A stretch of 46,889 bases of DNA from a virus (IMGVR_UViG_3300037125_000004:1-46889); one strand, 5' to 3'. Counted from the first letter of the stretch, positions 9,791 to 19,083 are shown. Program-made: numbers and translations. Notes: a model not told the origin generated them from the letters alone.

Positions 9791-11206
9791 ATGAGTATAC
9801 CAGTAGTAGAATATACAATAATACTAGACTATACGGATAAAACAAATCCAAATGTTCCTGCTATCGAAATACTGAAAAGCGATACCGGGACACGTAAGTT
9901 TAGTATTACCCTAAAAAGCAACGGAGTTGCACTTGATATAACCGATTTGACGGTTAGAATATACTTTAAAAAAGCAGACGGGAACATTACCCAGGGCGAT
10001 CCAACCATAGTAGACGCTGCTACTGGTCAAATTTCATATACTCTTCAATCAAATGACGTCGCAAAAGTAGGACAAGTCATTTGCCAAATAACTTTATCTG
10101 ATGCATCTGGAAACAGAATAACAACGTTTTATTTTGACTTTGATGTATTGGATACCGCTTACTCTGATGATGCAGTACAATCAACTACTGAATTTACTTT
10201 GCTTACTCAGTATGTAGATAATTTTAAGCACTTTGGAGAATACGATTCTGGAACAACATATTATATAAACAATGTAGTTGAATATAATGGATCATCTTAT
10301 ATAGCTTTACAAACTACAAACGGCAATACTCCGCCAATTTATCCCGATTTATATAATGATTATTGGTATGTTATTGCAAATGGTTCACCAGTAACACCAA
10401 CTGTATTAAATCTTTTAAAAGACACTAAAACGTCATGGGTTGTTGATTCTGTGAGCGACCCTTTGTTTTCTATAAAAAAAGCAACTGCATCTGAAAATCT
10501 AATAGGAATTGTACCGGGGACAATGATAACGGCAAAAGATTCTTCTGGTGGCGGACCAATATCAACTTATCCAGGTATTGTTGTTAACACTCGTACAAGT
10601 GGTGGATATAATTATATAGATATTTATGCAATGATTGATATAGCAGATCATTTAGGCGCACTGACTTTACCAAATGTGTCTGATACAATAGAAACGGTTG
10701 AATTTACTTTGCCATTTCAATCAGTATTAGGATTATCTTTTTATCAACGTTATGCCGACTCTGATAGATGGACAATGCAATGGAAAGCAACAAGCTCTAG
10801 CGGTTCCATAACTCCTACAGCAGATTTTCAACCACTTGATACTTTTAGCGGTACATTGCCACCGTATGGAGATTATTTTGTAAAAATAGATATACCAGTA
10901 TTGATAGATGGTCTTTCTCCTTATTCTTTAGTTTTTACAATTTCTACGTTGTCGGGCGATTTGCTTGATAATTCTCTTAGTTCAAAACTAGGTGGAATAC
11001 TTCAAGACGAACCGAGAAATTTTCAATTTCAAAAAACTGGATTACTGTCTGGCACTGGAACTGAAAAAACAATTTATATTTTATGCGCATCTCCTACGGG
11101 TAGCGGAACAACTACAGCAGAACTTGATGTAGTTAGTGATTATAATGCCGCTATTATTCAAGTTTGGCCAGCGTGTTTGCCTGTAATGGGAGGTGTGCCT
11201 GTATGA
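9791..11206 (+). CDS. Receptor-binding/fibre protein with N-terminal BppU-like domain and short carbohydrate-binding-like module
   Basis: DTGTRKFSITL...DITDLTVRIYFKKADG (BppU_N-like); GEYDSGTTYYINNVVEYNGSSYIALQ module. Confidence 0.65.
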   Translation: MSIPVVEYTIILDYTDKTNPNVPAIEILKSDTGTRKFSITLKSNGVALDITDLTVRIYFKKADGNITQGDPTIVDAATGQISYTLQSNDVAKVGQVICQITLSDASGNRITTFYFDFDVLDTAYSDDAVQSTTEFTLLTQYVDNFKHFGEYDSGTTYYINNVVEYNGSSYIALQTTNGNTPPIYPDLYNDYWYVIANGSPVTPTVLNLLKDTKTSWVVDSVSDPLFSIKKATASENLIGIVPGTMITAKDSSGGGPISTYPGIVVNTRTSGGYNYIDIYAMIDIADHLGALTLPNVSDTIETVEFTLPFQSVLGLSFYQRYADSDRWTMQWKATSSSGSITPTADFQPLDTFSGTLPPYGDYFVKIDIPVLIDGLSPYSLVFTISTLSGDLLDNSLSSKLGGILQDEPRNFQFQKTGLLSGTGTEKTIYILCASPTGSGTTTAELDVVSDYNAAIIQVWPACLPVMGGVPV

Positions 11207-11943
11207 GTTCCCCAGTTGTATCTAAAGAATTTGAGCTTGATATTACAAATAGAAAAAATCCCGACGTGCCAGCTATTTTTGTTGTACGTGAAGATGCCGG
11301 GACAACTAAGTTTATTATTACTATAACTAATGCTGGTGTAGCAGTAGATTTAACAGACCTGATAGTGCGAATTTACTTTCAAAAAAAAGATGATACTGTA
11401 ACTCAGGGAGAGCCTACTATAGACGATGCCGTAAGTGGGATTATTTCATATTCTTTGCAATCAAACGATACTGCGGCAGAGGGGCCAGTGACGTGTCAAG
11501 TAATAATAACAGACGGAACAGGTAATCAAATATCTACATTTACTTTTACTTTTACCGTGCAACTTTCTGTTTATGATGATGCAGCAGTGGAGTCAACCAC
11601 TGAATTTACTTCCTTATCTCTTTTGGCCGACAACTTGCGGCATAAAGGGCCATATGATGCCGGAACAACTTACTATATGAATAATATAGTGGAATACAAC
11701 GGATCTTCGTATATAGCTTTACAAACAACATTAAATAATGTTCCTCCCACATATCCAACTGTATGCAATGACTATTGGTGTGTCATGGCTAACGGATATG
11801 CGTTTGATGCAGAATATGCGGAAAATATTATTATATCAGATGCAGGAGGATATTACGACAGCACGACAGTAGAAGCTGCATCGCAACATGTAGGTGCATT
11901 GCTTGCGAAATATTCATATCAAAACATAGGAGGCGCATTATAA
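11203..11943 (+). CDS. Shorter paralogue of the preceding BppU-like fibre protein
   Basis: RBS GGAGG, ATG 11203; first ~200 aa clearly homologous to 9791 (AVESTTEFT, YNGSSYIALQT). Confidence 0.7.
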   Translation: MSSPVVSKEFELDITNRKNPDVPAIFVVREDAGTTKFIITITNAGVAVDLTDLIVRIYFQKKDDTVTQGEPTIDDAVSGIISYSLQSNDTAAEGPVTCQVIITDGTGNQISTFTFTFTVQLSVYDDAAVESTTEFTSLSLLADNLRHKGPYDAGTTYYMNNIVEYNGSSYIALQTTLNNVPPTYPTVCNDYWCVMANGYAFDAEYAENIIISDAGGYYDSTTVEAASQHVGALLAKYSYQNIGGAL

Positions 11944-12368
11944 TGGCGGCCAACACACAACCGATTTTTCCCATTACTCAAAATATAGACGGGGGCAAAG
12001 TAATTACGGCAGATACTAGTTATGAAACACCTACTACAAATCCAGTAACAGTATTTACGGCTGGGGAAAATGGATCACGAATTGATGCCATAAAAGTCAG
12101 GGCGTTGGGAACAAACATTGATACTGTATTACGGTTATTTATCTATGACAACGTATCTGTTTATTACCTTGCATATGAGATACAATTAGCTGCATCAACG
12201 GCAGCCGCAGATAATATAACTGGAACAGATGTTGATTTACTGCGTGATACGGGATATGAAGCGATGCCAGTAATACCGTATTTACCAGCAGGATATAAAA
12301 TTATAGCTACCGTTGGAACTACTGTTGCTACTGGCTGGATGGTGACGGTGTTCGGAGGAGATTATTAA
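11943..12368 (+). CDS. Tail-fibre-associated structural protein
   Basis: TAATG coupling; MAANTQPIFP...FGGDY beta-rich protein. Confidence 0.55.
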   Translation: MAANTQPIFPITQNIDGGKVITADTSYETPTTNPVTVFTAGENGSRIDAIKVRALGTNIDTVLRLFIYDNVSVYYLAYEIQLAASTAAADNITGTDVDLLRDTGYEAMPVIPYLPAGYKIIATVGTTVATGWMVTVFGGDY

Positions 12369-12369
12369 A

Positions 12370-13143
12370 ATGCAATCTTTTCGGGATGGTTTCGATAGGA
12401 CAATTATAACGAAAGACAAAGAAAGACCTATCCCGCGATCTTTTAAAGACGGGTTTGCTAGGCCAATAGCAATAAGCAAAAACAATATACTTTCTATTCC
12501 GTTTGATGTGTTGTTTTTTGCTGATAAAGTATCAGGTAAAAATGGCGAGTCAATACCGATATGGCCTGATATAAAAGGTGGATATGACGCTCCATCGGCA
12601 ACCGCAACAGATGCAGTATTGACAAAAAACGTAGTTGGATTAAATGGTCATGCAGCTATTACATTTAATGGAACGCAAGCATTTCAGAACACCACATACT
12701 CAACAGGACAACCAAGAACCGTAATAGTCGTATGGAATACTACGGTTGGGAGCAGAAATCATAATGTAATTGATGGTGCCTATATAAACAATCAAAGCGG
12801 CTTGATGTACCGGAATGCGTCATCTGGTTATAGGGTTGTAGGTGATCAATCACATTATTTCGATTATGTAATTTCTAGGCCCTCCGATTATGTTATTAAT
12901 ATAATTGATTTCAACGGTGCAAGCTCGGAAATATTTCAGAATGGAGTCTCGCTTAGAACGGGCAACTTGGGTACAGCGGAGATGCATGGAATTACGTTGG
13001 GTGCATCATATAGTTTAGACACGACTTATGCTACAGTGGGAAATATCGCTCTCGCCGGTATTGTGGAAGGCGGACTTGATAGCGCCGGAAAAACAAGGAC
13101 ATGGTCAATTTTGTCTCGATATTATGGAATAGCATTGTCGTAG
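12370..13143 (+). CDS. Concanavalin-A/LamG-like lectin-fold virion protein
   Basis: IPIWPDIKG...GLNGHAAITFNG...LSRYYGI pattern; N-terminal SFxDGFxRxI duplication. Confidence 0.55.
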   Translation: MQSFRDGFDRTIITKDKERPIPRSFKDGFARPIAISKNNILSIPFDVLFFADKVSGKNGESIPIWPDIKGGYDAPSATATDAVLTKNVVGLNGHAAITFNGTQAFQNTTYSTGQPRTVIVVWNTTVGSRNHNVIDGAYINNQSGLMYRNASSGYRVVGDQSHYFDYVISRPSDYVINIIDFNGASSEIFQNGVSLRTGNLGTAEMHGITLGASYSLDTTYATVGNIALAGIVEGGLDSAGKTRTWSILSRYYGIALS

Positions 13144-13154
13144 AAAGTTGAGAA

Positions 13155-13466
13155 TTGGATGTCATGGAGTGGATAGCATGGGTAATAGCAGCATTAGCAA
13201 CAATAAGTAATATTATACATGCCTGGACTGGCAGAGCAAACAAAAAAAGAGAAGAAAGTGTAAAAGGCGCTGTAAGGAATGCCGTTACAGAGGCAACATT
13301 GTTGCAGAAAATTGAATCTATATCTGAAAGAATTGAAGAAATTAAACTAGATATGAATATGTATCTAACGGAAACAAAAAAAACAACAAAAGATATAGCA
13401 GAAATACAAGAACGACTTAAATATCATGACAGACGGTTATCTAAACTGGAATCAGTAAATCCCTAG
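13155..13466 (+). CDS. Single-TM coiled-coil lysis-cassette protein (XhlA/holin-like)
   Basis: N-terminal hydrophobic helix then coiled coil ending RLSKLE; upstream of holin. Confidence 0.55.
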   Translation: MDVMEWIAWVIAALATISNIIHAWTGRANKKREESVKGAVRNAVTEATLLQKIESISERIEEIKLDMNMYLTETKKTTKDIAEIQERLKYHDRRLSKLESVNP

Positions 13467-13503
13467 CCGGGGGACAATCCGGTAAATTAAACGGAGGTAT
13501 ATT

Positions 13504-13788
13504 ATGGATAAGTTTTTTACATGGGAATTTATTGCCACTTTCGCAGGGGCGCCAATTGTAACTGGATTGATCGTTCAGTTTACCAAAGGCTGGTTCAATC
13601 TTGCCACTCAGGTATATAGCTATATTGTGGCTCTTATCGTTCTGCTTGTTGCAAACTTTTTTCTCGGAAATCTTACATTAGAGTTTGGTGTTTTATGTTT
13701 ATTCAATGCTTTGCTTGTATCTTTTACTGCAAACGGTGCATATGCGGCCGGTGTGAAAATTAAGTCTGCCGCACAAAAGGATAAGTAA
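13504..13788 (+). CDS. Holin
   Basis: Three hydrophobic segments, basic tail, immediately before endolysin; RBS GGAGG. Confidence 0.8.
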   Translation: MDKFFTWEFIATFAGAPIVTGLIVQFTKGWFNLATQVYSYIVALIVLLVANFFLGNLTLEFGVLCLFNALLVSFTANGAYAAGVKIKSAAQKDK

Positions 13789-14559
13789 ATGTTGGGCATT
13801 GACGTATCAAAGCACCAGGGAAAAATTGACTGGTCAAAGGTAAAAGAAGATAAACAGGGTATCAAATTTGCAATGATTCGTGTTGGATATGGGCATTCAT
13901 ACGATAACCCTTGCGTTGTTGATCCATGGTTTAAGGCAAACATGGAGGAAGCATTAGCCGTTGGGATAGATGTTGGTGTATACATCTATAACTATGCGAA
14001 GTCTACAGATGCAGCTATTACGGAAGCGCAATTTGTTCTTGAGCAAATTGCTCCCTATGCTGGAAAGATCATGTATCCAATTTCTTGCGATATTGAGGAC
14101 AACAGTTTAAAAAAACTAAGCAAATCAGCATTGACGGATATAGTAAACGCTTTCTGTACCACAATCGAACAGGCTGGATATTATGCCGCAATATACGCAG
14201 GTAATAATTGGTGCGCGAGAATGGATATGAACGTTCTTGCAAAGTATGATCTTTGGCTTGCTGATTGGCGTAAAAATCCATCGAAAAAATATTCTTATGG
14301 CATGTGGCAATATACAAACAAGGGCGGCGCAGACGGTGTTTACAGTCAACGTCTTGATATGGATATCGCTTACAAAGACTATCCAGCAATTATTAAAAAC
14401 AACGGGTTAAACGGATATGGAGAGAAGGATCCATTGGAGGCAGAAAACAAAAAGCTAAAAGCAGAAATACAAGGGCTAAAAAAATCGCTAGAGTATGAAC
14501 AACAAGAAAGCGCACGACTTGGCGGTATAATTCAAAAAGTTAGAGATGTAGTTGCATAG
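13789..14559 (+). CDS. GH25 lysozyme endolysin with C-terminal coiled coil
   Basis: GIDVSKHQG, DIED, WQYT and LDMD motifs. Confidence 0.92.
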   Translation: MLGIDVSKHQGKIDWSKVKEDKQGIKFAMIRVGYGHSYDNPCVVDPWFKANMEEALAVGIDVGVYIYNYAKSTDAAITEAQFVLEQIAPYAGKIMYPISCDIEDNSLKKLSKSALTDIVNAFCTTIEQAGYYAAIYAGNNWCARMDMNVLAKYDLWLADWRKNPSKKYSYGMWQYTNKGGADGVYSQRLDMDIAYKDYPAIIKNNGLNGYGEKDPLEAENKKLKAEIQGLKKSLEYEQQESARLGGIIQKVRDVVA

Positions 14560-14587
14560 TGTTAAATATAATGATATTATTAATTTA

Positions 14588-14621
14588 GCGTAGCGTAATG
14601 CCACGTTGCGTAACTTTTTTT
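14588..14621 (+). terminator. Intrinsic terminator ending the late operon
   Basis: GCGTAGCGT-AATGCC-ACGTTGCGT stem-loop followed by AAC-T7. Confidence 0.65.
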
Positions 14622-14637
14622 GCAAAGGCGGCCCAAA

Positions 14638-14997
14638 CTATTTGGTCGCCTTTATTTTTTTTCTTATACGCGAATAGACAAATAGCTGAGACCCGGAAAA
14701 AATACACGCTTTTATTAAAAAATTAATAGACACATTCATTCTTTCATTAATTGGCCATATTATAACAAAAAAAATAGATGAAATTATTAAAAATATAGAT
14801 ACAAAAAACACATATAAAAAACAGTACCGAATCTTTGACCATATAGAAAAACTTTTACTTGCTTTTAATATTGGGAAAAATCCAAACAAAAAAGGAATCA
14901 TCATAATGCCAATAATGGGATACCCAAACAACCATAAATACATATCTATAATCCAACAAGAAAACGAAATTGCCACATGAACATAATGTAGTTTCAT
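14638..14997 (-). CDS. AT-rich multi-pass membrane protein (moron-like)
   Basis: RBS AAGGAG; about four hydrophobic helices; next to attP. Confidence 0.65.
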   Translation of the reverse strand: MKLHYVHVAISFSCWIIDMYLWLFGYPIIGIMMIPFLFGFFPILKASKSFSIWSKIRYCFLYVFFVSIFLIISSIFFVIIWPINERMNVSINFLIKACIFSGSQLFVYSRIRKKIKATK

Positions 14998-15136
14998 TTT
15001 GTCTCCTTCTTTAATTTTAAATTAATTTGTGATGGTGCCAAGATGTAAACATAATGCTTTTTTAAAAACAAAAATGGTGCCCAAATGGTGCCAAGCGTAA
15101 TTTTGTGGTTTACATAAAAAATTAAAAATAATAAAT

Positions 15137-15176
15137 AAAAGCCCGGCTCCCTTTGGTGTGTAAGGGGTTTCCGGGC
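15137..15176 (-). terminator. Terminator hairpin following the tRNA 3' end
   Basis: Minus strand GCCCGG...CCGGGC-TTTT directly after CCA. Confidence 0.65.
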
Positions 15177-15230
15177 TGGTGCCGAAGGAGGGATTTGAAC
15201 CCTCACGGGTTGCCCCACAGGATTTTGAGT
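15177..15230 (-). mobile_element. attP core: 3' half of tRNA-Leu(CAA), from anticodon loop to CCA
   Basis: Minus strand ACTCAAAATCCTGTGGGGCAACCCGTGAGGGTTCAAATCCCTCCTTCGGCACCA (anticodon, long variable arm, T-arm, CCA) with no 5' half; next to the integrase 3' end. Confidence 0.9.
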
Positions 15231-15373
15231 TTTGTAAATGCGTATGTTAAAAAGCCTAAAATACAAGGAAAATTCAGTCATATCAATTGTTTTCGGTTTT
15301 TTGCTTATAATAATTTTTAACTCAATTCCGGTATACTCTATAAATTTTGGTGTCAAAAATGGTGTCACAAAGC

Positions 15374-16459
15374 TCACTGGACTTTTGGCATAATTGAGTT
15401 AATCCTGTGAGCTGCATCTTTATCCATGCTTTCCAATACATCCTGGTATATGTCCATTGTTATTTGAGTGGTTGAATGTCCAAGCCGCTTAGATGCTGCT
15501 TTGATTGGAACTTTTTTTTGCAACATAACAGTAGCGTTAAAATGTCTTAAATCATGAAATCGTATGTGCTTAAGGTTGTTAGCTTTTAAAAATACAGCAA
15601 ATGCATGGGAATAAGCGTATGGCTTTACCGGAGATCCATCATCCATTGTAATTACAATTCCGTCTGCGCTCATGACTTTTTGTTTCTTCTTATGCTCTCT
15701 CAATGTCTGCATGATATATGACGGTACAGAAATAGTTCGGTCCCCAGATTCCGATTTAGGCCGCTTGTATTCCACTTCCCTATACCCATAGCTGGATTGA
15801 CATATATGAATAGTGTTTTTTTTGAAATCAATATCTTTCCATCTTAATGCAAACACTTCACCGCGTCTTAACCCAAGCCCACCAGCAAGAAGGACCGGAA
15901 GAAAGTGCCGTGTACCTTCCGCTTTTTTGAGCATTTTTTTATACTCCTGGGTAGTAGGGACATTGGCTTGATACTTTCTTTTTGTGATCGTTGGCAGCTC
16001 GGCATTGTCACAAGGGTTTTTCCGTGCTAAGTCTTGCTTCATCATGTCTTTAAAAAATTTATGCAAAATAGAGTGAACTTGTTTGATCGTAGCGTACTTC
16101 AATTTTTGATTAGCCATGTTTGCGTATAATCCATTTACTTTTGCTGTAGATACTTCTAATAGCCTCATATTGCCCATCCAGGGAATGATATGTTTATTGA
16201 TATACCTTTGATACCCCGCAACTGTAGTTGGGCTTAAAACGGCCTTACGGCCGTTTAGCCAGCCTTTAATTGTTTCTGCTACTGTTAGCCTAGAAGGACG
16301 CGCATAGTTTCCTGTCTCATATTCTTCTAATAATTTCCGCACCTTTATCTTTGCTTCTGCGCCGGTGGAAGCAGAGATATACCTTCTTTTGCCGTTTAGT
16401 AAAGTTATATATCCTCTCCAACATTTGCGGCGTTCATCATAAAAGACGCTCGATTGCAT
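15374..16459 (-). CDS. int: Tyrosine integrase
   Basis: GLRRGEV, HDLRH and LGHS...TMDIY catalytic R-H-R-H-Y motifs. Confidence 0.97.
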   Translation of the reverse strand: MQSSVFYDERRKCWRGYITLLNGKRRYISASTGAEAKIKVRKLLEEYETGNYARPSRLTVAETIKGWLNGRKAVLSPTTVAGYQRYINKHIIPWMGNMRLLEVSTAKVNGLYANMANQKLKYATIKQVHSILHKFFKDMMKQDLARKNPCDNAELPTITKRKYQANVPTTQEYKKMLKKAEGTRHFLPVLLAGGLGLRRGEVFALRWKDIDFKKNTIHICQSSYGYREVEYKRPKSESGDRTISVPSYIMQTLREHKKKQKVMSADGIVITMDDGSPVKPYAYSHAFAVFLKANNLKHIRFHDLRHFNATVMLQKKVPIKAASKRLGHSTTQITMDIYQDVLESMDKDAAHRINSIMPKVQ

Positions 16460-16460
16460 A

Positions 16461-16700
16461 TTATTCCTCGTCTTTCTCTATTCCTTTTAACAGCCAAGGT
16501 TTTTCATTATTAAAATATTTTCGCATAAAAATATCGTGAAAAAACACATTATAAATAATTAGTCCAACAACAATAAAAATAAATTCATGTTCTACTACGT
16601 TAAATTCATGGCATAAATATTTTATGCAGCCTATTGGAGCGGCAAACATGGCAATTATAATAAATAAACCAACAAAAAGTTCTCTTATTGTTTTAAGCAT
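16461..16700 (-). CDS. Small 2-TM membrane protein
   Basis: Hydrophobic segments; abuts integrase start. Confidence 0.6.
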   Translation of the reverse strand: MLKTIRELFVGLFIIIAMFAAPIGCIKYLCHEFNVVEHEFIFIVVGLIIYNVFFHDIFMRKYFNNEKPWLLKGIEKDEE

Positions 16701-16703
16701 TTT

Positions 16704-16802
16704 TTATTTTTTCCATAACCATTTCTTTTTAGCCACATAATCTACGAGGCACACGCCGGGATACCATACTATTAAAAATATAAGTATATACCACCACTTC
16801 AT
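16704..16802 (-). CDS. 32-aa hydrophobic/basic peptide MKWWYILIFLIVWYPGVCLVDYVAKKKWLWKK
   Basis: Translated manually; fills the gap between two membrane ORFs. Confidence 0.45.
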   Translation of the reverse strand: MKWWYILIFLIVWYPGVCLVDYVAKKKWLWKK

Positions 16803-16803
16803 A

Positions 16804-17028
16804 TCAATACGTCCATAACACTATTAGTAGTAAAAGTAATATAATTCCTGCAACAATTCCAAGTTCCCTAAAAAACCATGTTACAAAAATAACAGGTGCA
16901 ATAAAATTAAAGAAAATTATAGCTATATTATATAAAATTGTGTAAGTTATGCGACATGGCTTTAAATTATCATAAAGATGACCTTGATTTGAAAGATAAA
17001 TAGATGAACCCCTTTTCATTGTAATCAT
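16804..17028 (-). CDS. Small 2-TM membrane protein
   Basis: RBS AAGGAGG; hydrophobic C-terminal half. Confidence 0.6.
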   Translation of the reverse strand: MITMKRGSSIYLSNQGHLYDNLKPCRITYTILYNIAIIFFNFIAPVIFVTWFFRELGIVAGIILLLLLIVLWTY

Positions 17029-17053
17029 GCCTCCTTAACTGGCACAACATAAC

Positions 17054-17097
17054 CGAACGTTTGTTCCCATTGTATTACATTTCGTATTATGTAGCAA
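17054..17097 (-). promoter_or_regulatory. SigA promoter with LexA (SOS) box
   Basis: Minus strand TTGCTA-17-TACAAT; CGAACGTTTGTTC at 17054-17066 matches the Gram-positive GAAC-N4-GTTC box. Confidence 0.75.
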
Positions 17098-17114
17098 GAT
17101 TTATTTAAAGGGGA

Positions 17115-17489
17115 TTAATTTCTTTTATCTAACTTTTTAGCCTGTCGTTCTAAAAACTTTATTAATTGCTTATAAGAAATTTCTTCATCCCACATTATAT
17201 ATTCTGCGCCTACGCGAGTTAAATCATCGGCTAATTTCGGGTGACTTTTTCTTAATTCGCTAAGAGTTATTATAACTCCTTTTTTATTTGACCGTCCCAA
17301 TAAGTAATCGACAGTAACACCAAAAATGTCTGCAATTTCTTCAATTTTTGTTAAATTGGGTTTTCTTGTACCTCTTTCCCAATCGGCAATTGCTGGTTGG
17401 GTAAGGCCTAGTTTAGTCGCAAGGTCTTTTTGCGACCATTCTTTTTCTTCTCTTAATTCTCTTAATCGTTTTTCAAAATTTTTTTTCAT
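17115..17489 (-). CDS. CI-like XRE-family repressor without S24 peptidase domain
   Basis: RLRELREEKEWSQKDLA...WERG...VDYLLG HTH; 124 aa; RBS GGAG. Confidence 0.9.
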   Translation of the reverse strand: MKKNFEKRLRELREEKEWSQKDLATKLGLTQPAIADWERGTRKPNLTKIEEIADIFGVTVDYLLGRSNKKGVIITLSELRKSHPKLADDLTRVGAEYIMWDEEISYKQLIKFLERQAKKLDKRN

Positions 17490-17507
17490 AATTTCTCCAA
17501 AAACAGT

Positions 17508-17536
17508 TTGACACATCGCAAATTGCGATGTATACT
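17508..17536 (+). promoter_or_regulatory. Rightward (lytic) promoter with operator in spacer
   Basis: TTGACA-17-TATACT; palindrome ATCGC-AAATT-GCGAT at 17515-17529. Confidence 0.85.
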
Positions 17537-17643
17537 ATAAGTAGTAGTTATGACTCCTCGTCCGGCGTAGTTTGACAGGCCAAACCGGACGAGGAACCGC
17601 AAAACAGGCAGGGAAAACGATACCCCAACCCATAAGCTATTTT

Positions 17644-17672
17644 ATTATATCGCACGAAGCGATTAATTGCAA
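17644..17672 (-). promoter_or_regulatory. Leftward (cI) promoter with second operator
   Basis: Minus strand TTGCAA-17-TATAAT; ATCGC-ACGAA-GCGAT at 17649-17663. Confidence 0.8.
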
Positions 17673-17692
17673 AGGTTTAGGAGAATTTTTTT

Positions 17693-17896
17693 ATGAGAGA
17701 TTGGCTGCGGAATGCACGAATACAAAATGGATTATCTCAAAAGGAGTTAGGGGGATTGCTTGGCATATCTCAAAACGCTGTGTCGGATCATGAGCGCGGT
17801 GTACGGACTCCAGGACCAAAAACTGCAATAGGATATATCAATGTTCTTAACCTAGAGGAACACGAAAAGTCTTTTGAGGATTTTTACAGGGATTAA
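17693..17896 (+). CDS. Cro-like HTH regulator
   Basis: WLRNARIQNGLSQKELG...HERGVRTP; divergent from repressor. Confidence 0.85.
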   Translation: MRDWLRNARIQNGLSQKELGGLLGISQNAVSDHERGVRTPGPKTAIGYINVLNLEEHEKSFEDFYRD

Positions 17897-17946
17897 ATTG
17901 TCAAGGTTCGACACTATTGTACCAATCATATGGGGAGGGGAAAAGT

Positions 17947-18390
17947 ATGAGTGACCATCCAAATAAATGGCGAAGGGCTAGGGAGAGTATCGGTTTTACT
18001 AGAGAGAAAGCGGCGGAACTATACGGGATAAGTGTCCCCTGGATAAAAGAGATTGAAAAACATCCCGACGAGAATCCACCGGAGCCAAAGCGTGAATTGC
18101 AAGGCATTATATCTGTTGTGTGTAAGGCCCCCTGGTTACTTGATTCTGACCTTGAAGATGATTATATGCCCTGTGCCATTACAGAGGCATACATGCAGTT
18201 TGATTGTGAGTTTGAGGATGTGGAAAAGCTAATCAATACAGCCAAGCGCATGATTGCAGACAATAAAATTGATCATGATGAGAGAGACGATGCGCTTCAT
18301 CTTGTTAAGGAACTTAAAGAGGCAAGCATAGCTATAAAGAAACTTATTTATTCGTTGCTGGATAAGATGGAGGCGACACATGAAAGATAG
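17947..18390 (+). CDS. HTH regulator with CII-like helical C-terminus
   Basis: RRARESIGFTREKAAE HTH; ADNKIDHDE motif. Confidence 0.65.
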   Translation: MSDHPNKWRRARESIGFTREKAAELYGISVPWIKEIEKHPDENPPEPKRELQGIISVVCKAPWLLDSDLEDDYMPCAITEAYMQFDCEFEDVEKLINTAKRMIADNKIDHDERDDALHLVKELKEASIAIKKLIYSLLDKMEATHER

Positions 18391-18619
18391 TATAAAAGCA
18401 TATTTTCAACGCTTTGGCCTTGATTACAGAGAGGTTGCGGATATTATAGGCAAAACACCACAGACAGTTTGTATAAAGGTAAAGAAAAACACTTTTACAG
18501 GTTTTGAAATGGGGCTTATTAACGACTATATAAAGGGGAATAAGCTAGGTAGATACGGCAGACCGGAAAAGCTGGACGAGATAGATGTGTGCAGGGCCTT
18601 TGGATTATTGGCTAGTTAG
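18380..18619 (+). CDS. HTH protein
   Basis: YREVADIIGKTPQTV. Confidence 0.6.
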   Translation: MKDSIKAYFQRFGLDYREVADIIGKTPQTVCIKVKKNTFTGFEMGLINDYIKGNKLGRYGRPEKLDEIDVCRAFGLLAS

Positions 18620-18624
18620 GTAGT

Positions 18625-19023
18625 GTGGGGAGTATGGAAATTTGCAAGGTTGATGGATGTGAAAGACAGGCGATGGCTAAAAGCTATTGCAGGATGCATT
18701 ATTACAGATTATACAGAAATGGCACAATAGAGCGCATTAATGGAACAACACAAGGAACGTGTGATGTTGATGGTTGCGATAATCCAATTTATGCGAATAA
18801 TTTATGTAAAAAGCATTATAGCCGTATACAGAGAAACGGCGATCTTGACTTGCGAAAAAGGGGAAGAAACCAAGAGTTTATGGAAAGCATTAGAAACAAG
18901 CACCTTGTATTGATGAAAAATGAAGGTGCGACATACACAGAACTTGCAGATATATTTTCAATATCAAAACAAAGAGTGTATCAGATATATGAACGAGACA
19001 AGGACAAATATTTAGCAAATTAA
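18625..19023 (+). CDS. Protein with two CxVDGC...C..HY zinc modules and C-terminal HTH
   Basis: CKVDGC..YCRMHY, CDVDGC..LCKKHY; GATYTELADIFSISKQRVYQI. Confidence 0.7.
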   Translation: MGSMEICKVDGCERQAMAKSYCRMHYYRLYRNGTIERINGTTQGTCDVDGCDNPIYANNLCKKHYSRIQRNGDLDLRKRGRNQEFMESIRNKHLVLMKNEGATYTELADIFSISKQRVYQIYERDKDKYLAN

Positions 19024-19083
19024 TTTTAGTGGGAACCGCTAACGACATAGGATGCTGCACAGGCATTTTTGAAAACTTTATAT

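Larger units (their letters stand above)
15033..15367. repeat. Integrase arm-type sites TGGTGYCM flanking the att core
   Basis: Copies at 15033, 15075, 15086 on one side and 15348, 15360 on the other. Confidence 0.7.

Noticed and set aside
9791-11943. Diversity-generating retroelement TR/VR pair
   Set aside because: Similarity reflects an old gene duplication with differences at all bases; no reverse transcriptase in the genome
15177-15230. Functional phage tRNA-Leu gene
   Set aside because: The 5' half (acceptor strand, D-arm) is absent; context indicates the attP core
14994-15377. 127-aa minus-strand ORF
   Set aside because: Runs through attP and tRNA sequence (VRVQIPPSAP is translated T-arm); spurious
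17572-17793. 73-aa ORF in the switch region
   Set aside because: TTG start, no RBS, overlaps promoters, operators and cro
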